Shown here in pieces: positions 27,201-39,535 of a stretch of 64,000 nt of DNA. Under the pieces are notes generated by a model. It ran no database searches. It worked only from the letters and a program-made list of their open reading frames with translations, and was not told where the DNA came from. Source of the stretch: Octopus sinensis (taxonomy: Eukaryota); NCBI RefSeq assembly GCF_006345805.1, contig NC_043014.1, positions 29,140,001 through 29,204,000 on the forward strand, given 5' to 3'. The stretch's first letter is position 1, and each line of letters opens with the position of its first letter. The translations under genes and the position numbers were made by a program.

Positions 27201-27663
27201 CCGTGCGGCTTTACCTGTTCGCGACAAGCTGTCAAGGCTCGGTAGTGCCGTCTCGCCGACATACCCGCGATGTGAGCAGGATAGGGAGACCGTCTTGCAC
27301 GCATTCGTGGAGTGTCCGGAGTTATCGGGACTGATAGCTTTTGTTGAACAACTGTTGTCAGTGATGGGAAGAGTACAGCTATCAGCTGAGTCTATCATCG
27401 AGACTGTGCCGCCCCCTTTCCTTAACAGGGAAAGAAAGGCTTGTTTTTTCTGTGTTGTAGCCATACTGAAAGAAACAGTATGGAAGACGCGTACGAAAGG
27501 TATAGTGACAGGCACCTTTGTCTCCGGCCAGGGGTTGATTAACTTTTTTAGTTACCACCTCAGTCGCAAAATCAGGCTGGAGAAGAGGTGTCTGTCACGA
27601 GATATGTTTGCGAAAAGATGGAAGCCTGTGGCATACAAGATGGGTATGTTTGGCACCAGGTAA
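24290..27663 (+). pseudogene. LINE ORF2: APE endonuclease, reverse transcriptase and C-terminal Cys/His motif; at least 3 frame disruptions
   Basis: LNVRGL, ETK, GDFN, SYLDRI, TDH (APE); KSPGLDG, NFRPITLLN, DQSKAFDRV, RQGCPLS, YADD at 26311 (RT); YPRC..ETVLHAFVEC. The GYW of the GYWKLN motif is deleted near 25003. Confidence 0.92.
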
Positions 27664-27890
27664 GTGTGACCGGATCAGAAAGTAAAGGTTCTACCGGATG
27701 GCTGGGTGTCCGTCCTTCGACACGATCATTATATTTTTAAACATTGCCTTCGTAAAATTCATTGTTTATAATCTTATCCGTAATTTCATTCGAAAATTGT
27801 AACTGTGTTAAGCTACTTCACCCTTTATATTTGTCTGTCCTTGTTTGTCCCCTCTTTGTAAATGCCTAAATGGCAAATTATATGAAATAA

Positions 27891-28250
27891 AGTAGCTTGC
27901 TTACCAACCACATGGTTCCGGGTTCAGTCCCACTGCGTGGCATCTTGGGCAAGTGTCTTCTGCTATAGCACCTGGCCGACCAATGCCTTGTGAGTGGATT
28001 TGGTAGACGGAAACTGAAAGAAGCCTGTCGTATATATGTATGTGTTTGTGTGTCTGCGTTTGTCCTCCTAGCATTGCTTGACAACCGATGCTGGTGTGTT
28101 TAGGTCCCCGTCACTTAGCGGTTCGGCAAAAAGAGACCGATAGAATAAGTACTGGGCTTACAAAGAATAAGTCTCGGGGTCGATTTGCTCGACTAAAGGC
28201 GGTGCTCCAGCATGGCCGCAGTCAAAATGACTGAAACAAGTAGAAAAAAA
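27891..28250 (+). mobile_element. SINE family A lacking its first ~23 nt, abutting the LINE 3' end
   Basis: Begins AGTAGCTTGCTTACCAACC; otherwise near-identical to the young copies. Confidence 0.9.
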
Positions 28251-28504
28251 ATCTATAAGTATAAATTTGTATATCTTAATAAACATTGTGTTTATGATAT
28301 TGTTGTGATAACAGACTAGATTGACATTACAGCGAGAAAATGTTCATTCTGATGTCTTATTACGGATGCAGTAACTTGTCTTTGCGGTTGTCAATTAAGC
28401 AACTGCGTCTTCATCCACGTTGACACGTTGTATTTGAGTCCTTTCTCGAAGTTCTCCCTGGTGATTTCTCCACTATTGTTAAAGTTATTTTGTCCAGCCT
28501 CTTC

Positions 28505-28780
<276 letters not shown>

Positions 28781-29379
28781 TACCATTCTCTCTCGGTGGT
28801 GTTGCATATAATCAGCACGTTGGTTACCATTCATGTTCCCTCTACGTATCAGCTCACTTCTTGTTTGACACTGCAGGTACGCTGCATATTTTTGCTCAGG
28901 TTTTTTGACTCTTTTTGCGCATTAGTTTTGTTAAAAATTAAAACTTTTCCCATTTCTTGTCATTCTTTTTCTCACCCCTTGCTACTATATTCTTGTTCTT
29001 TAAAGTTTTCAATTTATGAAATAAGAATAAAATATGTAGTGCCAAAAAAAAATGCAATAAAAATTTTAAAACCATAAAAGATGACAAGAAACTGCATCTG
29101 TTGTTACCTTACTGGCTGCTCCCATATGAAAGAAAGTAAAGCGAAGATAAAAGTGTTTTCCTTCAAATACCAACGAGTTGGTTTTCTAAAAGATGGAATT
29201 ATTAAAGGCCACTTGTTTTCCAAGCAAACGAAATTATAAAGGAACGTAAGAACGTAGGAAATTATGATTCACACACATAATCCCAATCTTATGGACATCG
29301 TAATTGTTCACACAATCGTTTGAGCATCATGAGTGGAAAAGGTCTTGTAACTACAGATGCTTAATATTCATCTAAGGTG

Positions 29380-31038
29380 TCGAGGAAAATCATCACACTG
29401 GAAGCAAAATTGTTGAGCCGATTGCCAGCTGGCGAACGTCAGACAAGGTAAGTCTTTCAACATGGCCACATAGTTAATAGTTACCATCTCGAAGAAGGTA
29501 TATTTGGAGGAAATAAATAGAAGATATTATTGCTATATGGCTGGACAATGAAAGGCAACGCAGCATACCATTAACCCAATTTATGTCAGTGGAAAAAGTA
29601 AAAGTAAGCATCAATTGCAGGCACTTCCAAGGAGAACGAAATAATTCAGAAACATTCTTAGCTATCAGGTTTTGATTATATAGATTCAAACGAAGGTGTA
29701 ACCTACAAAGAATCTGTATCTTTGGTTTAACTTCATATTCAGAAACCTTGGCAGCTATGGAATTTCTTCAAATTCTTAAGAGTAAAAAGGATTGAGTGTG
29801 GTAACTATCGTCCACGAATTCTATTCAATGCACAAACTCTTTTTGAAAATGAATACCATCCTGCACTTACATCTCGAGAGTAAAAAATGCACATCTGTGT
29901 TTGAGGCCGAAAGAAAACGCGTTTACCTTAACGTTAATGTTTCATGAGACTTCAAGCTTATATTATTGCTCATTTATCATTCAGAATATGAAAAATATGA
30001 AAATGGCTAAAAGAAATGAATGAAGAATATGTGAAAAATATGAAAGTTGCATCTGCCTGTGATCTGGAACTCCAACGAGAAGACCTGGATGACAATAGAA
30101 ATCTTCACATAGTGGTTTGTTTCACACTTTTGTCCATCAGCGAAAAGATATGAACCTAAAGCATTGCCAACGACTGATAATGTTCCACACCCACTTGTTC
30201 CCTCTAAGCTTGCGCTTGTGTGCGCGTGTACGTGTCTTATAACTATGAAAGGGAAAAATTGTGTCCACACAAGGTTTTCAAGGCGAAATCGGATGTTTTT
30301 AATTGAAAAAATCTGACCGATATTCACTCGTATGGATGCGCACATACTTTGCAAAGATTTAGGGAGCCCATTGTACACCACCCTCAGAATCTCGATGTTC
30401 TTCGTATCTACATTCCCGTGGAAGTACTTCATCTGCCACCAAACAGGACTTCTTTACCTTAACCCATATTTTAGGGGAGCTATTTCTATCTTGTTCGCAC
30501 TTTCAAGCAATACTGAAGGAACAAATAGACGAGTTAAATAACTTATTAAACAACTTTATCACGAAAGTCATGGATAATATCAAAAGAGCCTATGGCGAAG
30601 TAACCAAGAACGGCATGAACTCAGTCTGCTATGAATTCTTAGAATTTTCGGAAGAAATACTAACAGCATAATTGAGCTGAACAATGAGGTGAGAACGCAA
30701 GATGCGATGTCATTGCGAAAGACATGGAGGAGTTTATTGAGTTTCAGGGAAAGAGTTTATCCCTGAGAAAATATTGGAGTTAGTATAGCAACGCATCCAA
30801 AGTGAGCTAGAAGACTATTTTAGTGGAAGAAATGCCATAAAGAATCTTTACAAGTGAATTCTTCACTAACAGGCGTAGGGGTGGCTGTGTGGTAAGTAGC
30901 TTGCTTACCAACCACATGGTTCCGAGTTCAGTCTCACTGCGTGGCGCCTTGGGTAGGTGTCTTCTGCTATAGCTTCGGGCCGACCAAAGCCTTGTGAGTG
31001 GATTTGGTAGAAGGAAACTGAAAGAAGCCTGACGTATA

Positions 31039-31086
<48 letters not shown>

Positions 31087-31600
31087 GTGTGTGTATATAT
31101 GTTTGTGTTTGTGTTTGTCCCCCTAACATCGCTTGACAACCGATGCTGGTGTGTTTACGTTCCAGTAACTTAGCGGTTCAGCAAATGAGACCGATAGAAT
31201 AAGTACTAGGCTTACAAAGAATAAGTCATGGGGACGATTTGCTCGACTAAAGGCGGTGCTCCAGCATGGCCACAGTCACATGACTGAAACAAGTAAAAGA
31301 GTAAAAGAGTAATAGAGTTTCTCCAAGTTTGCGGAAATTATGAATTAGTTCAATGAGCACGATTTTAACTGGGAGCACATATCCAAGGTAAAGACAAACG
31401 TTCTGAATCCTGCTATCACGGTTTCTTTGCTGAGACTTAAGAAAATTCAAACATTAGATGTATATAGTTCGAAAAGTAACTGACATGCCAGGAAGAACTA
31501 AAGCTTGGATCCTCTCCCTGGATTTAGCATATACCATCTGTAGTAGGTTTGTGTACTCGAGATTAAATTTGATTGGTTTGATCTATTTAATAATATCTTA
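29380..31600 (+). mobile_element. Decayed Tigger/pogo-like transposase, interrupted by an insert (~30200-30400) and by SINE-A
   Basis: RKIITLEAKL; IWLDNERQRSIPLT; RFKR; LPVIWNSNEKTWMTIEIF..WF..HFCP; LPPNRTSL. These are typical CENP-B/pogo DDE motifs. Confidence 0.75.
30871..31310 (+). mobile_element. SINE family A, full length
   Basis: Matches the consensus from head to (GTAAAAGA)n tail. Confidence 0.9.
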
Positions 31601-31877
31601 ATAACTTACTTCTTTACTTCATCGTGACTTTCGATCCCACACTATGCAAGGTTATCTAAAGCTATCAAGTACATGGATGGTGTGAAAGCGAATTTCTGAT
31701 GTTCTTTTTTTCGTTTCATTTTGTTTTGTTTTTTTTGTTTTGTTTTGTTTTGTTTTTTGTTTTGTTTTTTTTTGTCATTTAATGGTGTTTATTAAATTTT
31801 TCCCTATTTGAAATGTTTTGAAAAATAATCTGTCATTTCTGTACCTATATTTTTGTCATTATACTGACCTTGCTTAA

Positions 31878-32098
31878 CCCTTTAGTGTTCAGATTACTCT
31901 GTTAAATGTAATACTTTTTCACTCAAATTGTTTTGAATTAATCATGCATTATCTTATAGCTTTGAGGTTTCAGTGATGTGATTGTTCATTTTCAGAATGG
32001 CATTGTAGGTTAGGTGTGAGAGGTTAGATATGGCCAGCTTGAATATAAAACATATAGAATATATTGGGCCAGATTTGGCCGGTTTAAACACTAAGGGG
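31878..32098. mobile_element. piggyBac-type MITE (duplicate copy at ~33196-33415)
   Basis: TTAA|CCCTTTAGTGTT ... AACACTAAGGGG|TTAA: TTAA TSD and CCC/GGG termini. Confidence 0.8.
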
Positions 32099-32102
32099 TT
32101 AA

Positions 32103-32320
32103 AGGGGTGAGCTGGCAGAATCGAAAACACGCCAGTCAAAGTGCTTAGCGGCATTTCGTCCGTCTTTACGTTTTGCATTTAACTTCTACTAAGGTCGACT
32201 TTGCCTTTCATCCTTTCTGGGTCGATAAAATAAGTACCAGTTGCGTACTGGGGTTGACGTATTCGGCTCAACCGCCTACCCTCAAATTACTGACCTTGTG
32301 CCAAAATTTGAAACCATTAT
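32103..32320 (+). mobile_element. SINE family B, tail type iii (duplicate at ~33420-33640)
   Basis: GGTGAGCTGGCAGAATCG head; tail CCTTGTGCCAAAATTTGAAACC. Confidence 0.85.
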
Positions 32321-33911
32321 AATGACGTCGTTTAGGCGTTTTTCGTTTGGTGATGCATTTTTCGGAACGTGTGCAAGGTACTACTCTGTGTGTGTATTTG
32401 TGTGTGTGTGTGTATATATGTTTGTGTTTGTGTTTGTCCCCCTAACATCGCTTGACAACCGATGCTGGTGTGTTTACGTTCCAGTAACTTAGCGGTTCAG
32501 CAATGAGACCGATAGAATAAGTACTAGGCTTACAAAGAATAAGTCATGGGGACGATTTGCTCGACTAAAGGCGGTGCTCCAGCATGGCCACAGTCACATG
32601 ACTGAAATAAGTAAAAGAGTAAAAGAGTAATAGAGTTTCTCCAAGTTTGCGGAAATTATGAATTAGTTCAATGAGCACGATTTTAACTGGGAGCACATAT
32701 CCAAGGTAAAGACAAACGTCTGAATCCTGCTATCACGGGTTCTTGCTGAGACTTAAGAAAATTCAAACGACATTAGATGTATATAGTCGAAAAGTAACTG
32801 ACATGCCAGGAAGAACTAAAGCTTGGATCCTCTCCCTGGATTTAGCATATACCATCTGTAGTAGGTTTGTGATCGAGAATTAAATTTGATTGGTTTGATC
32901 TATTTAATAATATCTTAATAACTTACTCTTCTACTTCATCGTGACTTTCGATCCCACACTATGCAAGTTTATCTAAAGCTATCAAGTACATGGATGGTGT
33001 GAAAGCGAATTTTTATGATGTTCTTTTTTTCGTTTCATTTTGTTTTGTTTTTTTTGTGTTGTTTTGTTTTTGTTTTTTGTTTTGTTTTTTTTGTCATTTA
33101 ATGGTTTTTATTAAATTTTCTCTATTTGAAATGTTTTGAAAAATAATCTGGTCATTTCTGTACCTATATTTTTGTCATTATACTGACCTGCTTAAACCTT
33201 TAGTGTTCAGATTACTCTGTTAAATGTAATACTTTTTCACTCAAATTGTTTTGAATAATCATGCATTATCTTATAGCTTTGAGGTTTCAGTGATGTGATT
33301 GTTCATTTTCAGAATGGCATTGTAGGTTAGGTGTGAGAGGTTAGATATGGCCAGCTTGAATATAAAACATATAGAATATATTGGCCAGATTTGGCCGGTT
33401 TAAACACTAAGGTGGTTAAAGGGGTGAGCTGGCAGAATCGAAAACACGCCAGTCAAAGTGCTTAGCGGCATTTCGTCCGTCTTTACGTTTTGCATTTAAC
33501 TTCTACTAAGGTCGACTTTGCCTTTCATCCTTTCTGGGTCGATAAAATAAGTACCAGTTGCGTACTGGGGTTGACGTATTCGGCTCAACCGCCTACCCTC
33601 AAATTACTGACCTTGTGCCAAAATTTGAAACCATTATAATGACGTCGTTTAGCGTTGTTTCGTTTAGTGATGCATTTTTCGGAACGTGTGCAAGGTACTA
33701 CTCTGTGTGTGTATTTGTGTGTGTGTGTGTATGTTAGTCTATATGCATAAGTGTATGTATGTGTGTTAGTCTATATTCATAAGTGTATGTATGTGTGTTA
33801 GTCTATATGCATAAGTGTGTGTATGTGTGTAAGTGTATATGTATGAATGCATATATAGAAAGGGCGAGATAGGAAGATAACAGATTTACCCTGCCATATT
33901 TCGCTCTGTCT

Positions 33912-33971
<60 letters not shown>

Positions 33972-34203
33972 TCTCTCTCTCTTTGCCCACAACTCCCACT
34001 TTCTGCACATCATACACCTTCTCCTCTATGCATCTTTCATTCTATGACGTAATGCTAAAAACAATATCATTTAGGTATCATTTCCTCTTACAGAACCTCT
34101 TTCTCACTCTTTCCGGCTGTCTTATTGTATCTCGTTCCCTCTTTAAACGCATTTTCCTCTTTCTGACTTCTTTCCCTTCTCTCTTCGTATATATATATAT
34201 ATA

Positions 34204-34262
<59 letters not shown>

Positions 34263-34299
34263 CTATATATATATATATATATATAATAATATATATTTA

Positions 34300-34341
<42 letters not shown>

Positions 34342-34484
34342 GTATATATAATATGTGCGTGTGTGTGTGAGTGTGTGTAACATATATATATATATGTATA
34401 TCTATCTGTAGTATTAATGTATATGTATACATATATATGTACGTACACACATTATAGTGTATGTATGATGTAGTATGTATGTAT

Positions 34485-34888
34485 CTCTTTTACTCTTTTA
34501 CTTGTTTCAGTCATTTGACTGCGGCCATGCTGGAGCACCGCCTTTATCGAGCAACTCGACCCCGGGACTTATTCTTTTGTAAGCCCAGTACTTATTCTAT
34601 CGGTCTCTTTTGCCGAACCGCTAAGTAAAGGGGACATGAACACACCAGCATCGGTTGTCAAGCAATGCTAGGGGGACAAACACAGACACACAAACACACA
34701 CACGCATATATATATACATATATACGACGGGCTTCTTTCAGTTTCCGTCTACCAAATCCACTAACAAGGCTTTGGTCGGCCCGAGGCTATAGTAGAAGAC
34801 ACTTGCCCAAGGTGCCACGCAGTGGGACTGAACCCGGTACCATGTGGTTGGTAAACAAGCTACTTACCACACAGCCACTCCTGCGCCT
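34485..34888 (-). mobile_element. SINE family A, full-length young copy
   Basis: Reverse complement of the consensus. Confidence 0.9.
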
Positions 34889-35196
34889 ATGTATGTATGT
34901 ACCTATGCATGCATGTACGTATGTATGTATCGAAAACAAAGATATCTTTTTCCACACGAGTTGTAGAAATATAGAAGAAAGAAGTTGAAAATGCACTGGG
35001 ATTAGTTTTAATTTTTTTTAATTTTTAATTTTTAAAGAGTTAACCAGTTTCACAGACTTCTTAGATTTTCAAAAGTTAAGATAGAAAGACGTGGACCTAT
35101 GCTAAAACTGTTGCGAAATGAGTTAAGTCTTTAAAGATTTTAAAATGAAAAATTTAAAGGAATCCCAGAGCATTTTCAACTTATATGTATATATGC

Positions 35197-35228
<32 letters not shown>

Positions 35229-35427
35229 TATATGGAGTAAGTGGAGCATAGGTACACACGAAAACGAAAGTGTTACTGAAACGGTCACAGATATGTGACG
35301 AATGATTTCCGGTCTATGGACATGAGTTAAAATAAGAACAGTAATAAATGAGTGAAGAACAAATATATAGCGCGTGTGTTTATTTGGCAAAAGAAGAAAG
35401 TGACCCTCCCGAAATACAACAATATAT

Positions 35428-35496
<69 letters not shown>

Positions 35497-35569
35497 GAGA
35501 GAGAGAGAGAGAAAAGAGGGAGAGCAATAAGAAAATGGAGTGTATGTGTGTGTGTGAGTGTTTGTGTGT

Positions 35570-35790
35570 GTGTGTGTGTGTATGTATGTTGTATCTTTGT
35601 ATTTCCCCCCCCCCCATCGCTTGACAACCCATGCTGGTGTGTTTAGGTCCCCGTAACTTAGTGGTTCGGCAAAGAGACTAAAGGGATGAGTACTAGGCTT
35701 ACAAAGATTAAGTTCCGGGGTCGATTTGTTCAACTAAAGGCCGTGCTCCAGCATGGCTGCAATCAAATGACTGAAACAAGTAAAAGACTA
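35570..35790 (+). mobile_element. SINE family A, 3' half
   Basis: CATCGCTTGACAACC...ATGACTGAAACAAGTAAAAGA. Confidence 0.8.
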
Positions 35791-35841
35791 TATATACATA
35801 CATATATAGAAACATATATACATAAGACTATATATACACAC

Positions 35842-35874
<33 letters not shown>

Positions 35875-35879
35875 ACGGG

Positions 35880-35915
<36 letters not shown>

Positions 35916-35917
<2 letters not shown>

Positions 35918-36108
35918 ACGGGAAGGTTTACGAAAATAAACAAAAAACGAAGGCAGGTGGAGTACAAACAAACAATTGTATTAGTATGGCGCTCAGGAAT
36001 ATAAATAAAAAAGTCTTTTACGTTTCGAGCCTACGCTCTTCGACAGAAAGATACACAGAAAAGAAACAAGGAGAGAAAAAAATGCGTGTAGGGGCTAACG
36101 ATCCAACA
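35916..36108 (-). mobile_element. Penelope-like terminal-repeat element with minimal hammerhead-like motif; copies at 62055-62268 and fragment 36797-36862
   Basis: Near-identical copies embedded in (TA)n; minus strand reads TCTTT-CTGTCGAA-GAGC-GTAG-GCTC-GAAAC-GTA-AAAGA. Confidence 0.7.
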
Positions 36109-36960
36109 TATATATATGTGTGTCTGTGTGTGTGTCTAACACTTTCTGTACCTCACTAATCTCCCTCTTTCTTACCTTAATGTATCACTCTTTACCTACC
36201 TGTATATAAAATATACACCTATGTGCATCCCTTCCTCTCTTACTGCACACACCACAATCTCTCTCCTTCTTCACTCTCACTCTATCTCCCCCTCTCCTTC
36301 TATCTCTCTCTTTCTCACGCGCTATATCTCTGTCTCCTTCAAATTTTCACCATGCTCTTCCACTCTCTCTCTTTATCGTACCTCCATCCATGCGCCTATC
36401 ATTTCCTAAATCTCACAGTCCTCCTCATTGCAGGCATTTCTCTCTGTCCACCAGCACATCCAAATCCCTGTACATTCACCTCTGTCTCTCACTCATTTTC
36501 ATTGCTAAATTCGCAGTTTACTTCTGTTCCCACCGCTCACATACTTGATGTGCATATGTATATTTGTGCATTCTAATGTTTCACTCCCTCCTTCTCTCTC
36601 TCTCTCACTCTCTCACTCACTCCCTCACTCCCTCTCTTTCTCTATCTCACTCTCTCACTCCCTCACTCCCTCATCCCACTCACTCTCTCTCTCTCCTTCA
36701 CTTCCTCTCGCTCTGTCAAACACAGGTATATATACATATACGTACCCGCAAATGCTTATGTATACATACCTGTATATATATATATATATATATATATAAC
36801 AGGAAGCTTTATGAAAATAAACAAAAGACGAAGGCAGGTGGAGTACAAACAAACAATTGTATGGTAGATATATATATAATATATATATTATATATATATA
36901 TATATATAAATATAAATATAGGCGGTGCTCCAGCATGGTCGCAGTCAAAATGACTGAAAC

Positions 36961-36995
<35 letters not shown>

Positions 36996-37028
36996 ACACA
37001 CACACACACACATATATATATATACATA

Positions 37029-37441
37029 TAGTAGCAGATAAGCCCAGTTTCACCCGGTCTATTTGGATGATGTGGCTATGATCGTTTTCGGTTAGGCATA
37101 ATATATGACAGCGTTTGTCAACCTTATCATTTCGGGTCCCCTATTTCGATTAGAGCCTCCAACTATATGAAAATTTCCTGACCCCACCCCGTCAGAAAAC
37201 AGCTTCTAAGCAACTGGTTGTTTTATTGGCAGAAGAAAGAGGGAAATTCCATTAGAAAATGTTTTAGTCGATTTTCTCGGTAAGTAAGGGGGTTAGGGAA
37301 AAAATACGAACTGCATTCCAATCTATGCACCTGTCCCCACGTGTGTGCCATTTTTCACGCGAATCCACCCAGACGTTTGGCTATGAACCTCGAGACAAGA
37401 AAGAATACAACGATCACCCATGTCCAATTTATATTACATAT
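37029..37441 (-). mobile_element. Non-autonomous Helitron-like element (degenerate)
   Basis: Left end GTAGCAGATAAGCCCAGTTTCACCCGG and right end TTTATATTACATAT parallel the termini of 59943-60338. Confidence 0.5.
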
Positions 37442-37444
37442 ATA

Positions 37445-37493
<49 letters not shown>

Positions 37494-37504
37494 TATATAT
37501 ATAT

Positions 37505-37734
37505 CTATTCTTTTACTTGTTTCAGTCATTTTCACTGCGGCCATACTGGAGCACTGCCTTTAGTCGAACAAATCAACTCCGGGACCTCTAAGTTACAGGG
37601 ACGTAAACACACCAACATCAGCTGTCAAGCGATAGTGGTGGGACAAACACAGATACACAAATACATACATACATCATACATACATACATACATACATACA
37701 TACATACATACATACATGCGTTAATACATGCATG

Positions 37735-37797
<63 letters not shown>

Positions 37798-37926
37798 ATA
37801 ATCAAAATAAGCAACAGTGATTATAATCACCCAACGGATTTTTATGGATAACACCACACAAAATTCTGGTGCATCTAAATTAAGTACCATATTCATTGAA
37901 TCTAAATTTTTGCTAAACTTATATAC

Positions 37927-37958
<32 letters not shown>

Positions 37959-37962
37959 ATAA

Positions 37963-38019
<57 letters not shown>

Positions 38020-38070
38020 CATATATAATATATATATATATATATATTATAATATATATATATATATATA

Positions 38071-38112
<42 letters not shown>

Positions 38113-38280
38113 ATATATATATATACGACAGGCTCTCTCTGTTGCCAAATCCACTTAGAAGGCTTTGGTCGGCCTGAGGCAATAGTAGAAGACACCTGCC
38201 CAAGGTGCCATGCAGTGGGACTGAACCCAAAATCATATGATTGGGAAGCAAGCTCCTTCTCACGCAGTCATTCAAGCGCA
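37505..38280 (-). mobile_element. SINE family A split by expanded internal microsatellites
   Basis: Tail at 37505-37660, head at 38122-38280. Confidence 0.75.
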
Positions 38281-38349
38281 TATATCAATATTCATAAATA
38301 TATATGTGTGTGTGTGTTTGTGTATACATGGTGTATATGTGTATGTGTA

Positions 38350-38393
<44 letters not shown>

Positions 38394-38406
38394 TATATAC
38401 ATATAT

Positions 38407-38443
<37 letters not shown>

Positions 38444-38914
38444 GACAGATAGAGGCAGAGAGGAGAGAGAGAGAGAGAGAGATAGATAGATAGATTTAAA
38501 AGTCATCTCTCTCGCGCCTAAACAAGGGGAGTAAAATTATTTTAAACGGATAAAAAAAAACGTATTCTATATGTGTATATGTGGTGGTGGTGGTGGTTGT
38601 GGGGGGAGAATATGTGGGTATGTGTGTGCCTGTCTTTCTGCATGGATGTATATATGTACGTATGTATATATGCATGTATGTATGTATGGATAGATGGTTG
38701 CATGGATGGATGCATGCATGCATGTTTGTATGCATGTATGCCTCGATATATTTTTGTACGTGAATATATATAAATATACATATATGCTGTGTGTATATAT
38801 GTGTATGTATGAACGCACACACACACATACCATACCTAAGAAAGCTTATATGTGTGTGTTTATAAATACAAATATATGTATAGGTGTATATATATATACT
38901 ATATATATATATAG

Positions 38915-38946
<32 letters not shown>

Positions 38947-39069
38947 CATACATGCACACTGATACACAAACAATTGTGTTATATATATATATATGTGTGT
39001 ATGTATATATAGATATGTACAAACAATATACACACACTCACACACACACACAAATATACATACATACAT

Positions 39070-39100
<31 letters not shown>

Positions 39101-39465
39101 GAACAAGCACAAACATATACTGTGAAATAAACACATACACACTGACTCCTTATTTATATTATAATATATATATATATATGGTATGTGTGTGTATGTGGTG
39201 TGTGTATTGTGTGTTGTGTTGTGTGTGTGGTGTGTGTGTGTGTGGTGTATAGGCATAGATACGATATTTACTCACACTTTCCACCCTATCTGTCTGTCGA
39301 CCAGCAAGGTCGGAAGAGACCTACATATGCTACACCCAACACCGAACATACAATATATGCACATACCACCATAGGACAGCGTGATAGTTACAGAACTGCG
39401 ATATACATACATACATACATACATACATACATACATACATACATACATACATACATACATGCATG

Positions 39466-39535
<70 letters not shown>

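Larger units (their letters stand above)
22921..27890 (+). mobile_element. Tx1/L1-clade LINE, near full length, frameshifted
   Basis: Two-ORF layout; GC/CpG-rich relative to the flanks; 3' UTR 27664-27890. Confidence 0.92.
31095..33731. repeat. Tandem duplication, ~1.32-kb unit x2
   Basis: CCTAACATCG at 31122 and 32441; CTACTCTGTG at 32381 and 33698; breakpoint lies in (TG)n. Confidence 0.92.

Noticed and set aside
25254-27515. Antisense and alternative-frame ORFs within the LINEs (also 44229-46840)
   Set aside because: Shadow ORFs of GC-rich coding sequence.
24290-27663. Bacterial retron/group II intron RT or a domesticated host gene
   Set aside because: APE + RT + CCHC with an upstream gag-like ORF1, frameshifts and three related copies identify a LINE.
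33730-33830. 32-bp unit x3, and a 46-bp duplication at ~40215-40310
   Set aside because: Ordinary slippage-derived minisatellites within microsatellite context.
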